DNA of 44,246 bases from a virus (taxonomy: Duplodnaviria; Caudoviricetes): positions 1 to 44,246 of the IMG/VR virus record IMGVR_UViG_3300037791_000001; one strand, written 5' to 3'. This document shows, in pieces, positions 32,524 through 43,400 of this stretch. A model generated the notes under the pieces. The model saw nothing but the letters and a program-made list of their open reading frames with translations, was not told where the DNA came from and searched no databases. A program made the position numbers and the translations under genes. How positions within the stretch are numbered: position 1 is the stretch's first letter; each line of letters begins with the position of its first letter.

Positions 32524-33191
32524 CACTTATCCCCCTGCGCCCACTTCCGCAGCCGCTCGCGCATGACCCACAGCGCCAGCAGCGCCACGGCCCCAAAGAT
32601 CCCGAGCGCCACGATCTGTGCCGTGCCGTCAAGCGCAGCGATCGCGCCCGCGCCACCGCCGACAGCGGTGACGACCTGCGCCGCGCTGGCCTGCATCGTC
32701 TTGGATTGCGTCGGTGCTTCGCGTGCGGGCCGGTCAGCCACGCGCACCATGCTGGGTGCTTGCGTGCCGGGTGCCCGGCGCACGCCCAGCAGGCGGTCGA
32801 CAGGGTAGCGCTTGACGTTCACCTGATTGGCTTGGTTGCCGCCCAGCACCTCGATGCTGACGCCAGCGCGCCGCACAAAGAAGCCGACATGGCCCTGCCA
32901 TCCGTCCTTGGTGCCGCGCCAGAACACGACGATGTCGCCCTCCTGCGCGTCCTCGAGCGCGACCTCGTCGCCCCAGTCGAGGTAGGAGCGGGCGGTGAGC
33001 TTGCCGGTGTGCGGCATGCCTGCGCGCTTCAGCATCGCGCCGACAAAAGCAGCGCACCATGCGGTCTCGTCGTCCTGCACCCAAGCGTGGCCGACGTCAG
33101 CGAAGTATTGCAGGATCTTCGGGTTGTGACCTTCGGCCCATTCCCATGTGCCCTCGTCGGCGCGGGCCAGCTGATAGGCTGGATTGGTCAT
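32523..33191 (-). CDS. Endolysin, TIGR02594/NlpC-P60(CHAP)-like, with C-terminal hydrophobic helices
   Basis: DDETAWCAAFVG, ARSYLDWG, GDIVVFWRG, GHVGF, VLGGNQ; C-terminal TM-like IVALGIFGAVALLALWVM. Confidence 0.88.
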   Translation of the reverse strand: MTNPAYQLARADEGTWEWAEGHNPKILQYFADVGHAWVQDDETAWCAAFVGAMLKRAGMPHTGKLTARSYLDWGDEVALEDAQEGDIVVFWRGTKDGWQGHVGFFVRRAGVSIEVLGGNQANQVNVKRYPVDRLLGVRRAPGTQAPSMVRVADRPAREAPTQSKTMQASAAQVVTAVGGGAGAIAALDGTAQIVALGIFGAVALLALWVMRERLRKWAQGDK

Positions 33192-33448
33192 GGCTTCTCT
33201 CTCCCCATGTTCGCCCGGCTCTCAAGCAGGCGGTCGAGCTTGCCGTCCAAAGCCTCGAGGCGGTTCATCACCCGGTTGATGTCCGCGTGGACCTCGCCCT
33301 TGGTGACGTATTCTTTTGCGATCTCCTCGCGCGTCCGGTTCAGCAGGATGGTCACCCGCTTCAGTTCGTCGACGTAGCTCTTCAGCACCCATCCCAGCAG
33401 GCCAAAGCCAAAGGTGAGCAGCCCGTTCCAGACCATCCCTGTTTCCAT
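33188..33448 (-). CDS. Putative holin / lysis membrane protein
   Basis: Single N-terminal TM helix plus coiled coil (EYVTKGEVHADINRVMNRLEALDGKLD), immediately before the endolysin; true start ATG 33448. Confidence 0.6.
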   Translation of the reverse strand: METGMVWNGLLTFGFGLLGWVLKSYVDELKRVTILLNRTREEIAKEYVTKGEVHADINRVMNRLEALDGKLDRLLESRANMGREKP

Positions 33449-33582
33449 TATTTCGAGCCCTTCTTGCCTTTGTAGCCTGACGCATAGGCAGCCTTTGCCT
33501 GCCGTTCCGCCTGTTCCTTCGTAGGGTAGACCCGGCCACCCTTGCCCCATTGATAGCCGCCTTTGACCTTACGGACAGGCAT
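33448..33582 (-). CDS. 44-aa basic protein MPVRKVKGGYQWGKGGRVYPTKEQAERQAKAAYASGYKGKKGSK
   Basis: Coupled by TGATG and TAATG overlaps on both sides; below the ORF track cutoff. Confidence 0.8.
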   Translation of the reverse strand: MPVRKVKGGYQWGKGGRVYPTKEQAERQAKAAYASGYKGKKGSK

Positions 33583-33881
33583 CACTCATAGCGCCATGTG
33601 CTGTAGGCGTAGAGGCCAACCACTGCGGTGCCGCTGGTGTAATCGCCGGTCTTGATGCCGACCCGGTACTGGCACCCGGCGGGCTCGAAGCCGACTTCCT
33701 CGGTGGGCGCGGTGAAGGTGTCGACGTCGAGCCACGTCGAGCCCTCATCGAACGAGCGCTGCACCGTGACGGTTCCGACAAAGGTTCCCGAGATCGTCAG
33801 GGACATATCCCCGACAAGGAAGATGGCGTCGCTGAACTGGTCTGCGCCAGCCAGAGATGCCGTTGTGTTGACTGCTACCAT
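33582..33881 (-). CDS. Small beta-sandwich virion-associated protein
   Basis: ISGTFVGTVTVQRSFDEGSTWLDV; SD AGGAG. Confidence 0.7.
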   Translation of the reverse strand: MVAVNTTASLAGADQFSDAIFLVGDMSLTISGTFVGTVTVQRSFDEGSTWLDVDTFTAPTEEVGFEPAGCQYRVGIKTGDYTSGTAVVGLYAYSTWRYE

Positions 33882-33893
33882 GGTCTTGGTCTC

Positions 33894-34898
33894 CTAGAGC
33901 TGAAGCTGGACTGCATTCAAAATAACAGAATGTCCTGCAGGTGAGAAGGCGGTTGCCGGGATGGCGTCCAGCGACAGCGTCACGTCGTCGACCGCCCACT
34001 TGATTTCAATGTACTGCCCCGCCGTCAGGGACACGGTGAACTGCTCGTGCAACGTGGTCGCGCCGTTGTTGATGTTGTTCGTGATCTTGACCGCGCTGTT
34101 GGGAACGTCGGTGCCGTTCTTCGCGATCCACACCCACAGGTTCTTGGCGCTCGACGATCCTGACGACAGCTGCAGCGACACGCTGAACTGGTAGTACCCT
34201 GCGTCGGCGACGACGATGCGCGATGTCGGCGTGCCGATCGACACGCCATTGGCGCTGGCGGTGCCGTCGAAGGCGATGCCGTAGGCGGTGTTGGGAAGCA
34301 GCGCTGTCTGGTCGAGATCGCTGTAGAAGGTGCCGTAGCGCAGGCCCATGGGGATGGTGGGGCGCACGAGGATCACGCCGTCGGTGGCGTCGACCGTGCG
34401 GACGGCAGCCACGACGATGACCGCATCAGGGGCGGTCGGTCGGATCTTGGTCAGGGCACCGGCGCTGGTGGGGCTGGCGTACAGGATGTCTCCCTGCTGC
34501 CAGCTCTCGCCGCCGCCTGTGGTGTCGATGCCTCTGACCTCACCCCAGACCGTGACCTTGCCTTCCTCGCCCACACTGAGCTGCTGCGTGGTGACGCCGA
34601 TGAAGTACAGCTCTGGCATGGTGCCGTCGGCGATGTATGGCTGGATCTCGATCTCGCCATTGGCCCCGGCAAAGCCGACTGCGGTGCCGTTCTCGATCGT
34701 CGCAGCGGTGTTGTTGATGAAGTGCCCGTAGGTCTCCTGACCGATCTGCTGGACGACGCCGTCCTTGTGGGTCAGGTCGAAGGTGTCCTTGTCCGCGTTA
34801 TAGCTCAGCACGCCGACAGCAGCATCGCCGCTGTCGAGCGCCATGGTGTTGAACACCGGGTGCCTGTGGAAGACACCGCCGAGCGGGCGGAAGACCAT
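33894..34898 (-). CDS. Tail fibre/receptor-binding protein with C1q/TNF-like C-terminal domain
   Basis: N-terminal GGVFHRHPVFN, middle GEVRGIDT...GDILY, C-terminal IAFD...SRIVVADAGYYQF...GQYIEI. Confidence 0.7.
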   Translation of the reverse strand: MVFRPLGGVFHRHPVFNTMALDSGDAAVGVLSYNADKDTFDLTHKDGVVQQIGQETYGHFINNTAATIENGTAVGFAGANGEIEIQPYIADGTMPELYFIGVTTQQLSVGEEGKVTVWGEVRGIDTTGGGESWQQGDILYASPTSAGALTKIRPTAPDAVIVVAAVRTVDATDGVILVRPTIPMGLRYGTFYSDLDQTALLPNTAYGIAFDGTASANGVSIGTPTSRIVVADAGYYQFSVSLQLSSGSSSAKNLWVWIAKNGTDVPNSAVKITNNINNGATTLHEQFTVSLTAGQYIEIKWAVDDVTLSLDAIPATAFSPAGHSVILNAVQLQL

Positions 34899-35155
34899 CA
34901 GTCCTGCTCAGCCTGCGACTTGGCGTATGCGGCCTTGGCTTCGTCGGTGAACACGGCGCTGGCAATCGCCACCACGTCCGCATCCTCTGCGCTCAGATCG
35001 GCGTCAGGCGTCAGCACATGCCGATGGAAGGTGCGGCTGATCTCCACGCCATCCTCTGCGATGATCGTGGCCGTGCGAACCTGCACAACGGGATAGCCCG
35101 CTGCGAGTTGCAGAACCTCGATCTTGTCGTTGGTCGTTGTCTTAGTCAGTGCCAT
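34898..35155 (-). CDS. Small tail-fibre-associated protein (possible chaperone)
   Basis: MALTKTTTNDKIEV...VQVRTATII.EDGVEISRTFHRHVL; SD AAGGAGGT. Confidence 0.7.
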   Translation of the reverse strand: MALTKTTTNDKIEVLQLAAGYPVVQVRTATIIAEDGVEISRTFHRHVLTPDADLSAEDADVVAIASAVFTDEAKAAYAKSQAEQD

Positions 35156-35194
35156 GTTTACCTCCTTGGCTGGACTGTCCACGCTCAGAGCGCA

Positions 35195-37078
35195 TTAAGC
35201 GGCAATAGTGCCAAATGCTTTCCATGTTCCGGGGGTGCCTGCAACTACACAAATCCACCCCACTGTTCCACCTGCGGCGGGGTTGTCATTCCAAACAATA
35301 TCGCCTTTCTGGAATGTCCCCAAAGTTGGTATTGCATCATCTGCCATAAAACGACCAACAGTGCCTTCCGTCTGTTCCTGACGAACAGCCAAAGTCGCTG
35401 CGGCGTTGTGGGTGTTATTGCCGGAGTAAGACAAAATTGTGCCTTTTACTCTGCTGTTTATATTTAGACCACGCAAAAGGTTATCTCTGAAAACGACCTT
35501 GTTCTCATCGACATTGAGATCATACGCAAAGGTCGCCTGCGACCTGCTATCTAGGAATACCAAGTTGTTCGTGACCGCAACCTTAACGTCTGCTGTCGTT
35601 GTTGTGCCAAGATAATCCACAACGGCTGTGCCAGTAGTAATGCCTGTAGTCGTTCCGGTCGGTTCCGTTGCTCCAACCACGCCACCAGTGCGAACCGCAT
35701 AGACACGATTGGCAGAGGTTTTAAACACTGTGTCCTGAAAATAGTATTCGCTTGCGATAAAGCTGCGAGCGTCAGCGGATGCTATGCTCACTGCCCCAGA
35801 AGCAACGCCAGTGATCCCGTCTTTCGTTATGTTTGTGTTTTCCCAACGGTTGCCAGAAACAAACAGCCCCATGTCATAACGAGGTAGGGCGGAAAAGGCT
35901 GGCTGAACAGTCTCGCCAACCATGTTATTTGACACCAAGCCAGAGCAGTAGAAGCAAATGATTGCTGCTCGCGTCGATGTATAGCTGGCGACGTAATCCC
36001 TGATGCTGTTTCCAATTACATTGAGGTTCTGAACCGCAGCGCATCTGATGCCTGTGTCGCTGCCATCCATCAAGGAGTTGCCAGAGATCGTGACATTGCG
36101 GTGCTGGAAGCGAGACAAGTTTGTTTCGGAGGGAACAGTTTTGTCGTTAACCTCAAACGAAATCCCCGGAGACTCATAATTGGCAATAACGTTACCAGAG
36201 ACCGCGATGTTCTGAGGCTGGTAAGGCTGGTTCAAGTTCATCTTGACGCCGACATTTTGCACAGCGGTCAAGGTGTTGTTGCTTACCACAAAGTCTTTGA
36301 ACGGATAGCAGTAGACACTGTGCTGAGTAAGCGTGTCAAAAGTCGAGTTTCCGTCAATGACAACATTTGAAAATCCGGGGGCGACATAAATCGCTATAGC
36401 AGTATCAGAGATGGTATTGCCACGGATGAATACGTTTTTGTTGTTGTGGAACGTCGCTGTTGTTGGGTCGGCAGGGTAGGAACCGCCCTCAACATGCGCC
36501 TGAAAAGCAAAGATCGAAATGCCGTATTGTTGGTAGCTTGTGGCAGTTGCCCCAGTAGGAATGTCAGGGTCAGGGTGCGTCCCGCTGACTTGGTTGTTTT
36601 CAATCCAGATGTTCGAGGAATACCTGATCCACATGCCTGCGTTTTTGTGGAGTTTGAAAGTGCAGTTGCGGATGCGGATGTAGTTGCTGTCAGTGATCCT
36701 CACACCATTTGCCGAAGCAGTTGCACTGTCTACGTCAGCATTGACGGTTGAGGCTGTGTCGGTCAGCCCTTTTCCCTCGAAAATCAGCCCATCAATCGTG
36801 ATGTTTTCTTTTGTGTCGGCAAACACACTGGGTGTGCTGTTGGCAGACTGTTTAATGGTCGCGACACCTTGCCCAAACAAAGCTGTTCCGTTGTTTTGAA
36901 TGGTAAGCGTTCCGCTGATTAGGTAGGTTCCGGCAGGGAAAAATACCTGACCACCAACAGCAAGTGCCGCGTTGATTGCAGCCGTGTCATCAGTGACGCC
37001 ATCGCCCGTGGCCCCATAATCCTTTACGGACAGACCTTCATCTGCGAGCATCCGCTTATGTGTTTTTGTCAGGGCCAT
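35195..37078 (-). CDS. Tailspike / beta-helix depolymerase (pectate-lyase-3-like)
   Basis: [20 protein letters not shown], many IxGN parallel beta-helix repeats, C-terminal [17 protein letters not shown]; lower GC. Confidence 0.88.
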   Translation of the reverse strand: MALTKTHKRMLADEGLSVKDYGATGDGVTDDTAAINAALAVGGQVFFPAGTYLISGTLTIQNNGTALFGQGVATIKQSANSTPSVFADTKENITIDGLIFEGKGLTDTASTVNADVDSATASANGVRITDSNYIRIRNCTFKLHKNAGMWIRYSSNIWIENNQVSGTHPDPDIPTGATATSYQQYGISIFAFQAHVEGGSYPADPTTATFHNNKNVFIRGNTISDTAIAIYVAPGFSNVVIDGNSTFDTLTQHSVYCYPFKDFVVSNNTLTAVQNVGVKMNLNQPYQPQNIAVSGNVIANYESPGISFEVNDKTVPSETNLSRFQHRNVTISGNSLMDGSDTGIRCAAVQNLNVIGNSIRDYVASYTSTRAAIICFYCSGLVSNNMVGETVQPAFSALPRYDMGLFVSGNRWENTNITKDGITGVASGAVSIASADARSFIASEYYFQDTVFKTSANRVYAVRTGGVVGATEPTGTTTGITTGTAVVDYLGTTTTADVKVAVTNNLVFLDSRSQATFAYDLNVDENKVVFRDNLLRGLNINSRVKGTILSYSGNNTHNAAATLAVRQEQTEGTVGRFMADDAIPTLGTFQKGDIVWNDNPAAGGTVGWICVVAGTPGTWKAFGTIAA

Positions 37079-37088
37079 TGGTTTTTCC

Positions 37089-37835
37089 TCACACGAAATA
37101 GGTCATGGTGCAGGCGTCAATATCTGCAACACCCGTGCTGAAGTGAGACACGACAGCGTTGCCATCACCAGCCGCAGAAGTGACATTTTTGAAGCTGGCT
37201 CTCGCAGCCCCTGAACCTGCCCTTAGATACAAGGCCGTCCCTGTGCTGCCAAAAGATACGTTGTCCGTGACAACAGCGCCTGTTGATATATTTCCAGAGC
37301 CTGTGGCAAAAGGCAGGTCAACATACATCACGTTTCCAGCGGTCATGCCTGTGGTGTCGATGTTGGGTAGCGAGAACCAAATAGTCACTTGGCGGCCTGT
37401 TTTGGTGTAGTAGCCTGTAGCCGTTGTTGCTGAAGCGTTCCCACCAGAAGCAGCATCATACAGTTCGACCGTCCACGTCCCCTCTTCATAGTCATCGAGA
37501 GCATTGGCTGCTGCGGTGTCGCCGTTGAAGGTTAGACCGTTTGCAGTGATGCGGGCGATCTCAGAACTTAGGCTGAGAAACCGCAGATCACGAGTGCCGC
37601 CTGAAGAGAAAGAAGCCTTGAGATAAGCACTGGTTGCATCAACACCTACCTCAAGACGAGATGTGTTAGCCGACCGAATGACACGAACATGATCGTCAGT
37701 GACACTCAGCCTATCGTTAAAATAGCTAAAACCATTAACGGTAAGATCACCGTCAACAGTGCCAGTGCCATCAACCTCAATATTGTTAAATCTAGGGTTG
37801 CGACCAAAGACGCCGCCTTGTTGTTTAATCGTCAT
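37089..37835 (-). CDS. Short tail fibre / receptor-binding protein
   Basis: [12 protein letters not shown]-terminus, [12 protein letters not shown] and [12 protein letters not shown] fibre-tip motifs. Confidence 0.75.
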   Translation of the reverse strand: MTIKQQGGVFGRNPRFNNIEVDGTGTVDGDLTVNGFSYFNDRLSVTDDHVRVIRSANTSRLEVGVDATSAYLKASFSSGGTRDLRFLSLSSEIARITANGLTFNGDTAAANALDDYEEGTWTVELYDAASGGNASATTATGYYTKTGRQVTIWFSLPNIDTTGMTAGNVMYVDLPFATGSGNISTGAVVTDNVSFGSTGTALYLRAGSGAARASFKNVTSAAGDGNAVVSHFSTGVADIDACTMTYFV

Positions 37836-37846
37836 TGCTCGTCTCC

Positions 37847-40405
37847 TTAGTTCGGGGCGAATACCCAGATCGATACTGTCAGGTTTGATCCGCTCTCATT
37901 CTCTACGCTAATTTCACCAGCTCCGCTTCGCCATACGTTGAAGTCACCAGTGCCGGGGTTGCTTGTAGTCCCAAGGGCAACGTCTGTTCCAACAGCAATG
38001 CTGCTGGTCGTAGATGATGCAGTGAAGATTGCATACTGCTCTGCACTTCCTGCCGCCTGTAAGATAATCAAAGAGGCACTGTTTGCACGGAAGTTGAAAG
38101 TGTCTGTGGCACCGTCTGCAATCGTCTTGGATTGCATACCAAAGTAACCTTTGGTTACCGATAGCTCCTCGCCAGTTATCTTTGCTGCAATAGCATGGTT
38201 TGATAAGGGATCGGAGGCGTCATTGACCTGTGCGGTCCAGTCGTTGACAAAACCAAAGTTGTCATAGGCCGACCATGAAGCGTCCATCTGTGTTCCAGAC
38301 ACACTGTCACGGCCAAGGTAAACAGTGTTCGATCCAGCATAGACGTTCCCACGGGCATTGACGTAGGCGTAGTAGGGCGACGAACCACTGGTGCGGATAT
38401 AGATCAGATTGCGCTGAGACGTTGCTGCATCGACAGCAACTTCATCCACCCAGTTATCAGAGATAGTGAGGTGGTTGCGTTCACTGTTGGTCGTGAAGTC
38501 CACAAATTTAGTAACAGTTCCGAAGACCTTACAGTTTTGCACAACACAATTGGTAAAAGGATCGGCGCTGACAACAGACGGGAAGGTTTGATAAAAAATA
38601 TTTAAGTCTGTTCCGCTTTCCAGATACACTTCGCAGTCACGAATAGCCGTAGAAGAACTAAATCCAACAGTAGTGGAACCTGATACCACCGCATTTGGGA
38701 TTTGAGAATTGGAGTAGCTAAACGTGCAAGCACTCACAACTTGAGAGCCAGACTGAGCATTTACTTCTGCGTTGCCAACGCCACCAGACAGACCTTCAGT
38801 CCTCTGGAAGTGGCTGTCACGAACAACAGTGTTTCGAACCTGCGTTTTGATCGAGCGCCCGTAGCAGTTCACAAAGCGACAGCCGCCCATAATAATGCAG
38901 TCGCTTTCGACTTTGCCGCTAGTGCCACCAGAAACGTCAGGCGCAAAGTATTTGAAGCCATCCTGATCGAATGTGTAGGTCAGATCAGATGAATACACTT
39001 TTTCAATCAGAGTGCCGTTCAAGGTCACACGCCGAGGATAGCTGGTATCGCTATACCAAGTGATCGATATGCCAGCGATGCCAACAACGCCCGGTGTTCC
39101 TTGGCCCGTAGGCAGTTCACAGTCCTTTACCCAGCCGCCATTAAAAGTGATGTCCTCAAAGGCACCACGCATTGAAATAGCTGTCCCGCCAGAAAATGTG
39201 TTAAGGCGTTTGCAGTTCTCCACCCGCAGTTCGTTTGCCACGAAGTTGGTGGAAGTTGCGTTGCTGGTGTTGTTGTTAATCTCAAGGATTTTGTTGGCTT
39301 GCTTAGTCCCGTCGATGGTCAGGTTGTTGATGACAATATCAACGCCAGTCGTGTCGGACAGGCGGATCGCATATTCGGTATGAGACGGGTTTTCATAGCT
39401 GATGATTGCCCCACGGCCTTCCCAAAGAACGTCCTTGGTCAAGGTCTGAGCAATCGGTGCCGTGATCTTGTAGGTGTCGTCGCCAAAATAGAGAGGCACC
39501 TGTGCTGCAATAGCATTGGTCAGCGCCGCAGTGTCATCCGTCACGCCATCACCGACAGCGCCGAAGTCTTTGACCGAGACGAACTCCCTGAGCTTGGTCT
39601 CGACTGTCGTGTTGATGGCACCAGACCCTGCGGGGCTGTAGGTCACGAGATCCGCCGTCGTGCCGCCCGTAAGCGCGACGGCCTGCAGGCGGCGCACCTC
39701 GATGTTGGTGTTGAGCGGCGGCGCGGTCGTGAAGGTCAGCGTGGTGCCAGACACGGTGTAGTTCGCCGCGTCCTGCATGACCCCGTCGAGGAAGATAAAC
39801 AGGTTGTTGGGCGATTGCGGAATACCGCCCAGCGTGAAGTCGACGGTGGTGCCGTTGCCGGTGAAGTCGTCGACCGCGACGATCGCCGCGTTCGGGGAGA
39901 TGAACGTGCCACTTGCAGGGGCGAGCTGCGCGAGGTTGCCAGCAGCGTCGAAGCCAAGGAAGGTGCCGGGCTGCACATCGCCCTCGAGCGTCAGCGTCGG
40001 GTTACCGCCCTCGGTCACCGAGATCTTGACCGCCCGGCCCACCTGCTCGCTCAGATCCTGCGCGATCTGGGTCAGCTTGTCGTAGGCATCCTCGAGCACC
40101 TCAGGCGCGACCGAGCGCCGGTTCTCGAGATCGACCTCCTGCGTGATCGGGACGTTGCGAGAGATCGTCAGCGTATAGGTCGGTGCTGGGGCAGTCGACA
40201 TCGTGATCTGTCCACCGTTGGCATTGCCCACGCCGCTGACGGTGTAGTCGGTGTTGAGCACCTGCACGGTCTCGACGCCAGATGCATCAGCCAGTGTGAC
40301 CACAAGATGGGTCTCGTCCTGCACCTCGAAGGTGTAGGAAAACACGGTCGTCGTGCCGTTGCCGTTGTACGGACCCGTCTTCGAGGTCTGGGCTGTGATC
40401 GTCAT
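37847..40405 (-). CDS. Primary tail fibre/tailspike with T7 gp17-like anchor and beta-helix domain
   Basis: YNGNGTTTVFSYTF...DYTVSG...DKLTQIAQDL anchor; DDFTGNGTTVDFTL domain; [19 protein letters not shown] followed by beta-helix. Confidence 0.88.
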   Translation of the reverse strand: MTITAQTSKTGPYNGNGTTTVFSYTFEVQDETHLVVTLADASGVETVQVLNTDYTVSGVGNANGGQITMSTAPAPTYTLTISRNVPITQEVDLENRRSVAPEVLEDAYDKLTQIAQDLSEQVGRAVKISVTEGGNPTLTLEGDVQPGTFLGFDAAGNLAQLAPASGTFISPNAAIVAVDDFTGNGTTVDFTLGGIPQSPNNLFIFLDGVMQDAANYTVSGTTLTFTTAPPLNTNIEVRRLQAVALTGGTTADLVTYSPAGSGAINTTVETKLREFVSVKDFGAVGDGVTDDTAALTNAIAAQVPLYFGDDTYKITAPIAQTLTKDVLWEGRGAIISYENPSHTEYAIRLSDTTGVDIVINNLTIDGTKQANKILEINNNTSNATSTNFVANELRVENCKRLNTFSGGTAISMRGAFEDITFNGGWVKDCELPTGQGTPGVVGIAGISITWYSDTSYPRRVTLNGTLIEKVYSSDLTYTFDQDGFKYFAPDVSGGTSGKVESDCIIMGGCRFVNCYGRSIKTQVRNTVVRDSHFQRTEGLSGGVGNAEVNAQSGSQVVSACTFSYSNSQIPNAVVSGSTTVGFSSSTAIRDCEVYLESGTDLNIFYQTFPSVVSADPFTNCVVQNCKVFGTVTKFVDFTTNSERNHLTISDNWVDEVAVDAATSQRNLIYIRTSGSSPYYAYVNARGNVYAGSNTVYLGRDSVSGTQMDASWSAYDNFGFVNDWTAQVNDASDPLSNHAIAAKITGEELSVTKGYFGMQSKTIADGATDTFNFRANSASLIILQAAGSAEQYAIFTASSTTSSIAVGTDVALGTTSNPGTGDFNVWRSGAGEISVENESGSNLTVSIWVFAPN

Positions 40406-40435
40406 GTCAAGGCCTCCTTGTGCCGCCTTATATCA

Positions 40436-43400
40436 TTATTCAGGACGTCTGCCCAGTAGCAGGTCCATAGCTGTAAAATCGTCTCTGAACTGCATGTCGT
40501 CATCGAACATGCCGTCGAGGGTGCGCTCGAGCTGGATGGTCGGCAGCTGGAACAGTACGCCCATGCCGCCCAGCACGTCCTTCAGCGCGGCGCGGGCACG
40601 GTCCTCGTCCTCGAGGCCGACCGCGATCTCGCCCATGCGGTACGCGCCGGTGAACAGGCCGGAGCTCTCCTCGATCGCTGCTGCCAGTGTGCCACCGCCC
40701 CCGAAGCCTTCGAGCGTCGACGCTGCTTCGCGTGCCAGCGGCAGGCCAGACATGATCGAGAAGCCGGTCTCCTTGGCCAAGAACAGCAGCAGCGGATCTT
40801 CCTCTTCGTCCTCGAAGTCGGGCCAGTTGCCGGTCAGGTAAATCGCGATCGCGGTCTCGATCGTGTACAGCATCAGCAGATCGACCAGCAGGCTGACGAA
40901 CTCCGCGGGGTTGCGGAGATCGGTGCCGCGCACGCGCTGCGTGGCGACGCTGAACTTGGCCATCATGTACGACCCGAAGGTCGTCATCAGCTTGGCCAGC
41001 TCGACGTTGCGGGTGTCCTTGCCCAGCGTGCCGCGCTCGAAGGCGGTGCGGTCAGACAGCAGGCCTGACCCCTGCGCCCGCGCGACGATCTGGTCTGCGA
41101 CGCTGGCAGCGGCGTCTGTGTCACCGCCGTTCTTGCGAAGCTCGGTGTCATAGGCAGCCATCCACGTCGGAACGTCGACGATGTAGAACTGCGCCTTTTG
41201 GATCAGATAGAACGCCGCCGCGCTCATCACCTGCTTGAAGGTGTTGTAGCGCGAGAACGTCGGATCTTCCGCCATGCTCTCGGTCAGCACGCTGAGATCG
41301 CGCTGAAAGGTCTGCTGGCGCTCTTCCATGAAGGGCGACATCGCGCGCACCGCGGCAGCATTACGCAGCGGGTTGTTCTTGTACTTCCACAGCGCCTTGG
41401 ACAGCGGGCCCTTGCCCACGACCACCGCAGACTGCAGCAGGCCGGTGGGCTGCTGCACCAGCGTCGTGATCGAAAAGCCCATCTTGGCGATCGACAGGCC
41501 GCCGCGCAGGTGGCGGTAGGCTGCGCTCCAGCCATTGCCTGACCAGCGATCCCCGTTGGCGGTGTCCTGCACCCACAGCTTCAGCGCCTCGGCGTCCTCG
41601 GAAGCATCCTTGCGGCGAAGCGCGGCGTCGATCTGTGGGTCATTGAGCAGCCGCCAGCTGTTCTGTACCGGCTGGCGCATCTCGAGATCGTAGATCACGT
41701 CGTTGATGTGTGCGATCGCGATACCGAGATCCAGACGCAGAGGCTTGCCGGTGGAGCTGACCCGCTCCTTGGTGTGCCCGTTGCGGGTCTGCGCTTTGGC
41801 AAACCGACCGCCCTTGAGGTTCTCCATCATCTGGTTGTGGTCGTAATCCTGCACCGCACCAGACAGGCGCGGGTCATACCGGATGGGGTAATAGCCACCC
41901 TTCACGAAGGCGTAGGGCGTCAGCTGCGGGGCGGTGTCGACCTTGCGCGGGTTGACCCCGGTCAAGGCGCGCTCCTGCGCTGAGATCTCGGGCCAGTAGC
42001 TGTCGATGTAATCCCACACATCCTGCACAAAGCGCCAGTCACGCTCGTCCATGTGGCGATCGAGCACCGCTTGCACCTGATCACGAGGGATGCTGTGCGC
42101 GTTCTCTGGGTTCGTCAGGCGCTCGAAGTTGTCCCGGTTGCCGGTGTTCAGTGCGATCGCGAGGATCGCCTGCTTGGGCAAGGTCTGACCGACCTCGGGC
42201 ACCGACAGCATTTTCGAGTTGAGCGCGAGGCGCTCCTTGTTGGTGTAGTGCTTCTTGAACAGCTCGACAAAGTCTTCGGTGGCCTGCTGCTTGCGTACCT
42301 GCACGCGGGCGAGGCCCTCGTTGATCGGTTGCTTGAGCGCGCGCCACACGTCACCGACGCCCTGCACACTGCCGTCCAGCCGATTGATGATGGCGTCGGC
42401 GCTCAGCACCGTGTTGAGCGCTATGCGGCCTGCACGCTTGCGTGCGTCGCCCTGACGCTCGACCAGCCCGGGGGCTTGATCTGGCAGGTTCTGCTCGATC
42501 GACCGCAGCATGCTCTGCTGGACCTCGGCGTAGCTGCGCTCGCGCTTGGCATCGAGCAGCTTCATCTTGGTGCGCCCGAGGTGCTCGAGGTTGTCGAGCG
42601 TGTCCTTGAGGCCCTGCAGCTCGTCGACGGTCAGGGTCGAGAAGTGCGTGCGCTGCGAACGCTGGATCAGGCGATCATCGATCGCCAGCTCGCCTTCGCG
42701 GTCAGCAGCCTGCATCGCCGCCACAAAGGCGGCAAGGTTCTGTTGCTTGGCGACCTGCCCGGGTGACAGCTGTCGGAAGTCGTACTGCTCGAGCAGAGCG
42801 TAGATCTCGTCGATGTACGGGCTGGCCACCGCTTCGCGCGTGCTCTTCTTCTGCAGGCGCGTCGACTGCTTCCGCATTTTGGCGACCAGCTCTTCGGCCT
42901 TGCGCGCTTCGACGTACAGGTAATGGTTCAGCAGCTGCCGGCGCTTGGCTGCGTGGGCGGCGATCAGATCCTGCGCGCCTGTGGTCGCCAGACGCCCAGA
43001 AGGGGCGCGTGCGACGCGGCTGAAGGCGCGCTGGGCCTCGCCTGCCGCCTTGCGCTCGGCGCGCAGGAAGGCGTTGGGGCTGGCTGCCTGACGCACGCTC
43101 ATGTCTTGGATCATGTCGCGGGCTTGCTGCTTGATCGCCTCGCGGCTCAGGTTTGGCGGGGTCGGGCCGCCTGCGGCCTCGATTTGGGCGCGCAGCTGGT
43201 TGGCCTCTGCCGTCAGCAGCTGCCCGCGCTTGTCGCTGTGCATGGCAGCGCGCGCCGCGTCCTTGATAGAGCCGTCGGTGAGCAGGTCGCCGTACTTCTG
43301 GTCGAGGCGCTTATTGACCTCGAGCTCGACCGCGATCGAGAACTTCTGCGCGCCGCGCAGCTCTTCAATCATCTGGGTCTCGCTGTCGTAACCCATGAGC

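Noticed and set aside
33894-40405. Diversity-generating retroelement, expected by analogy with BPP-1
   Set aside because: No reverse transcriptase and no template/variable repeat pair differing at adenines was seen.
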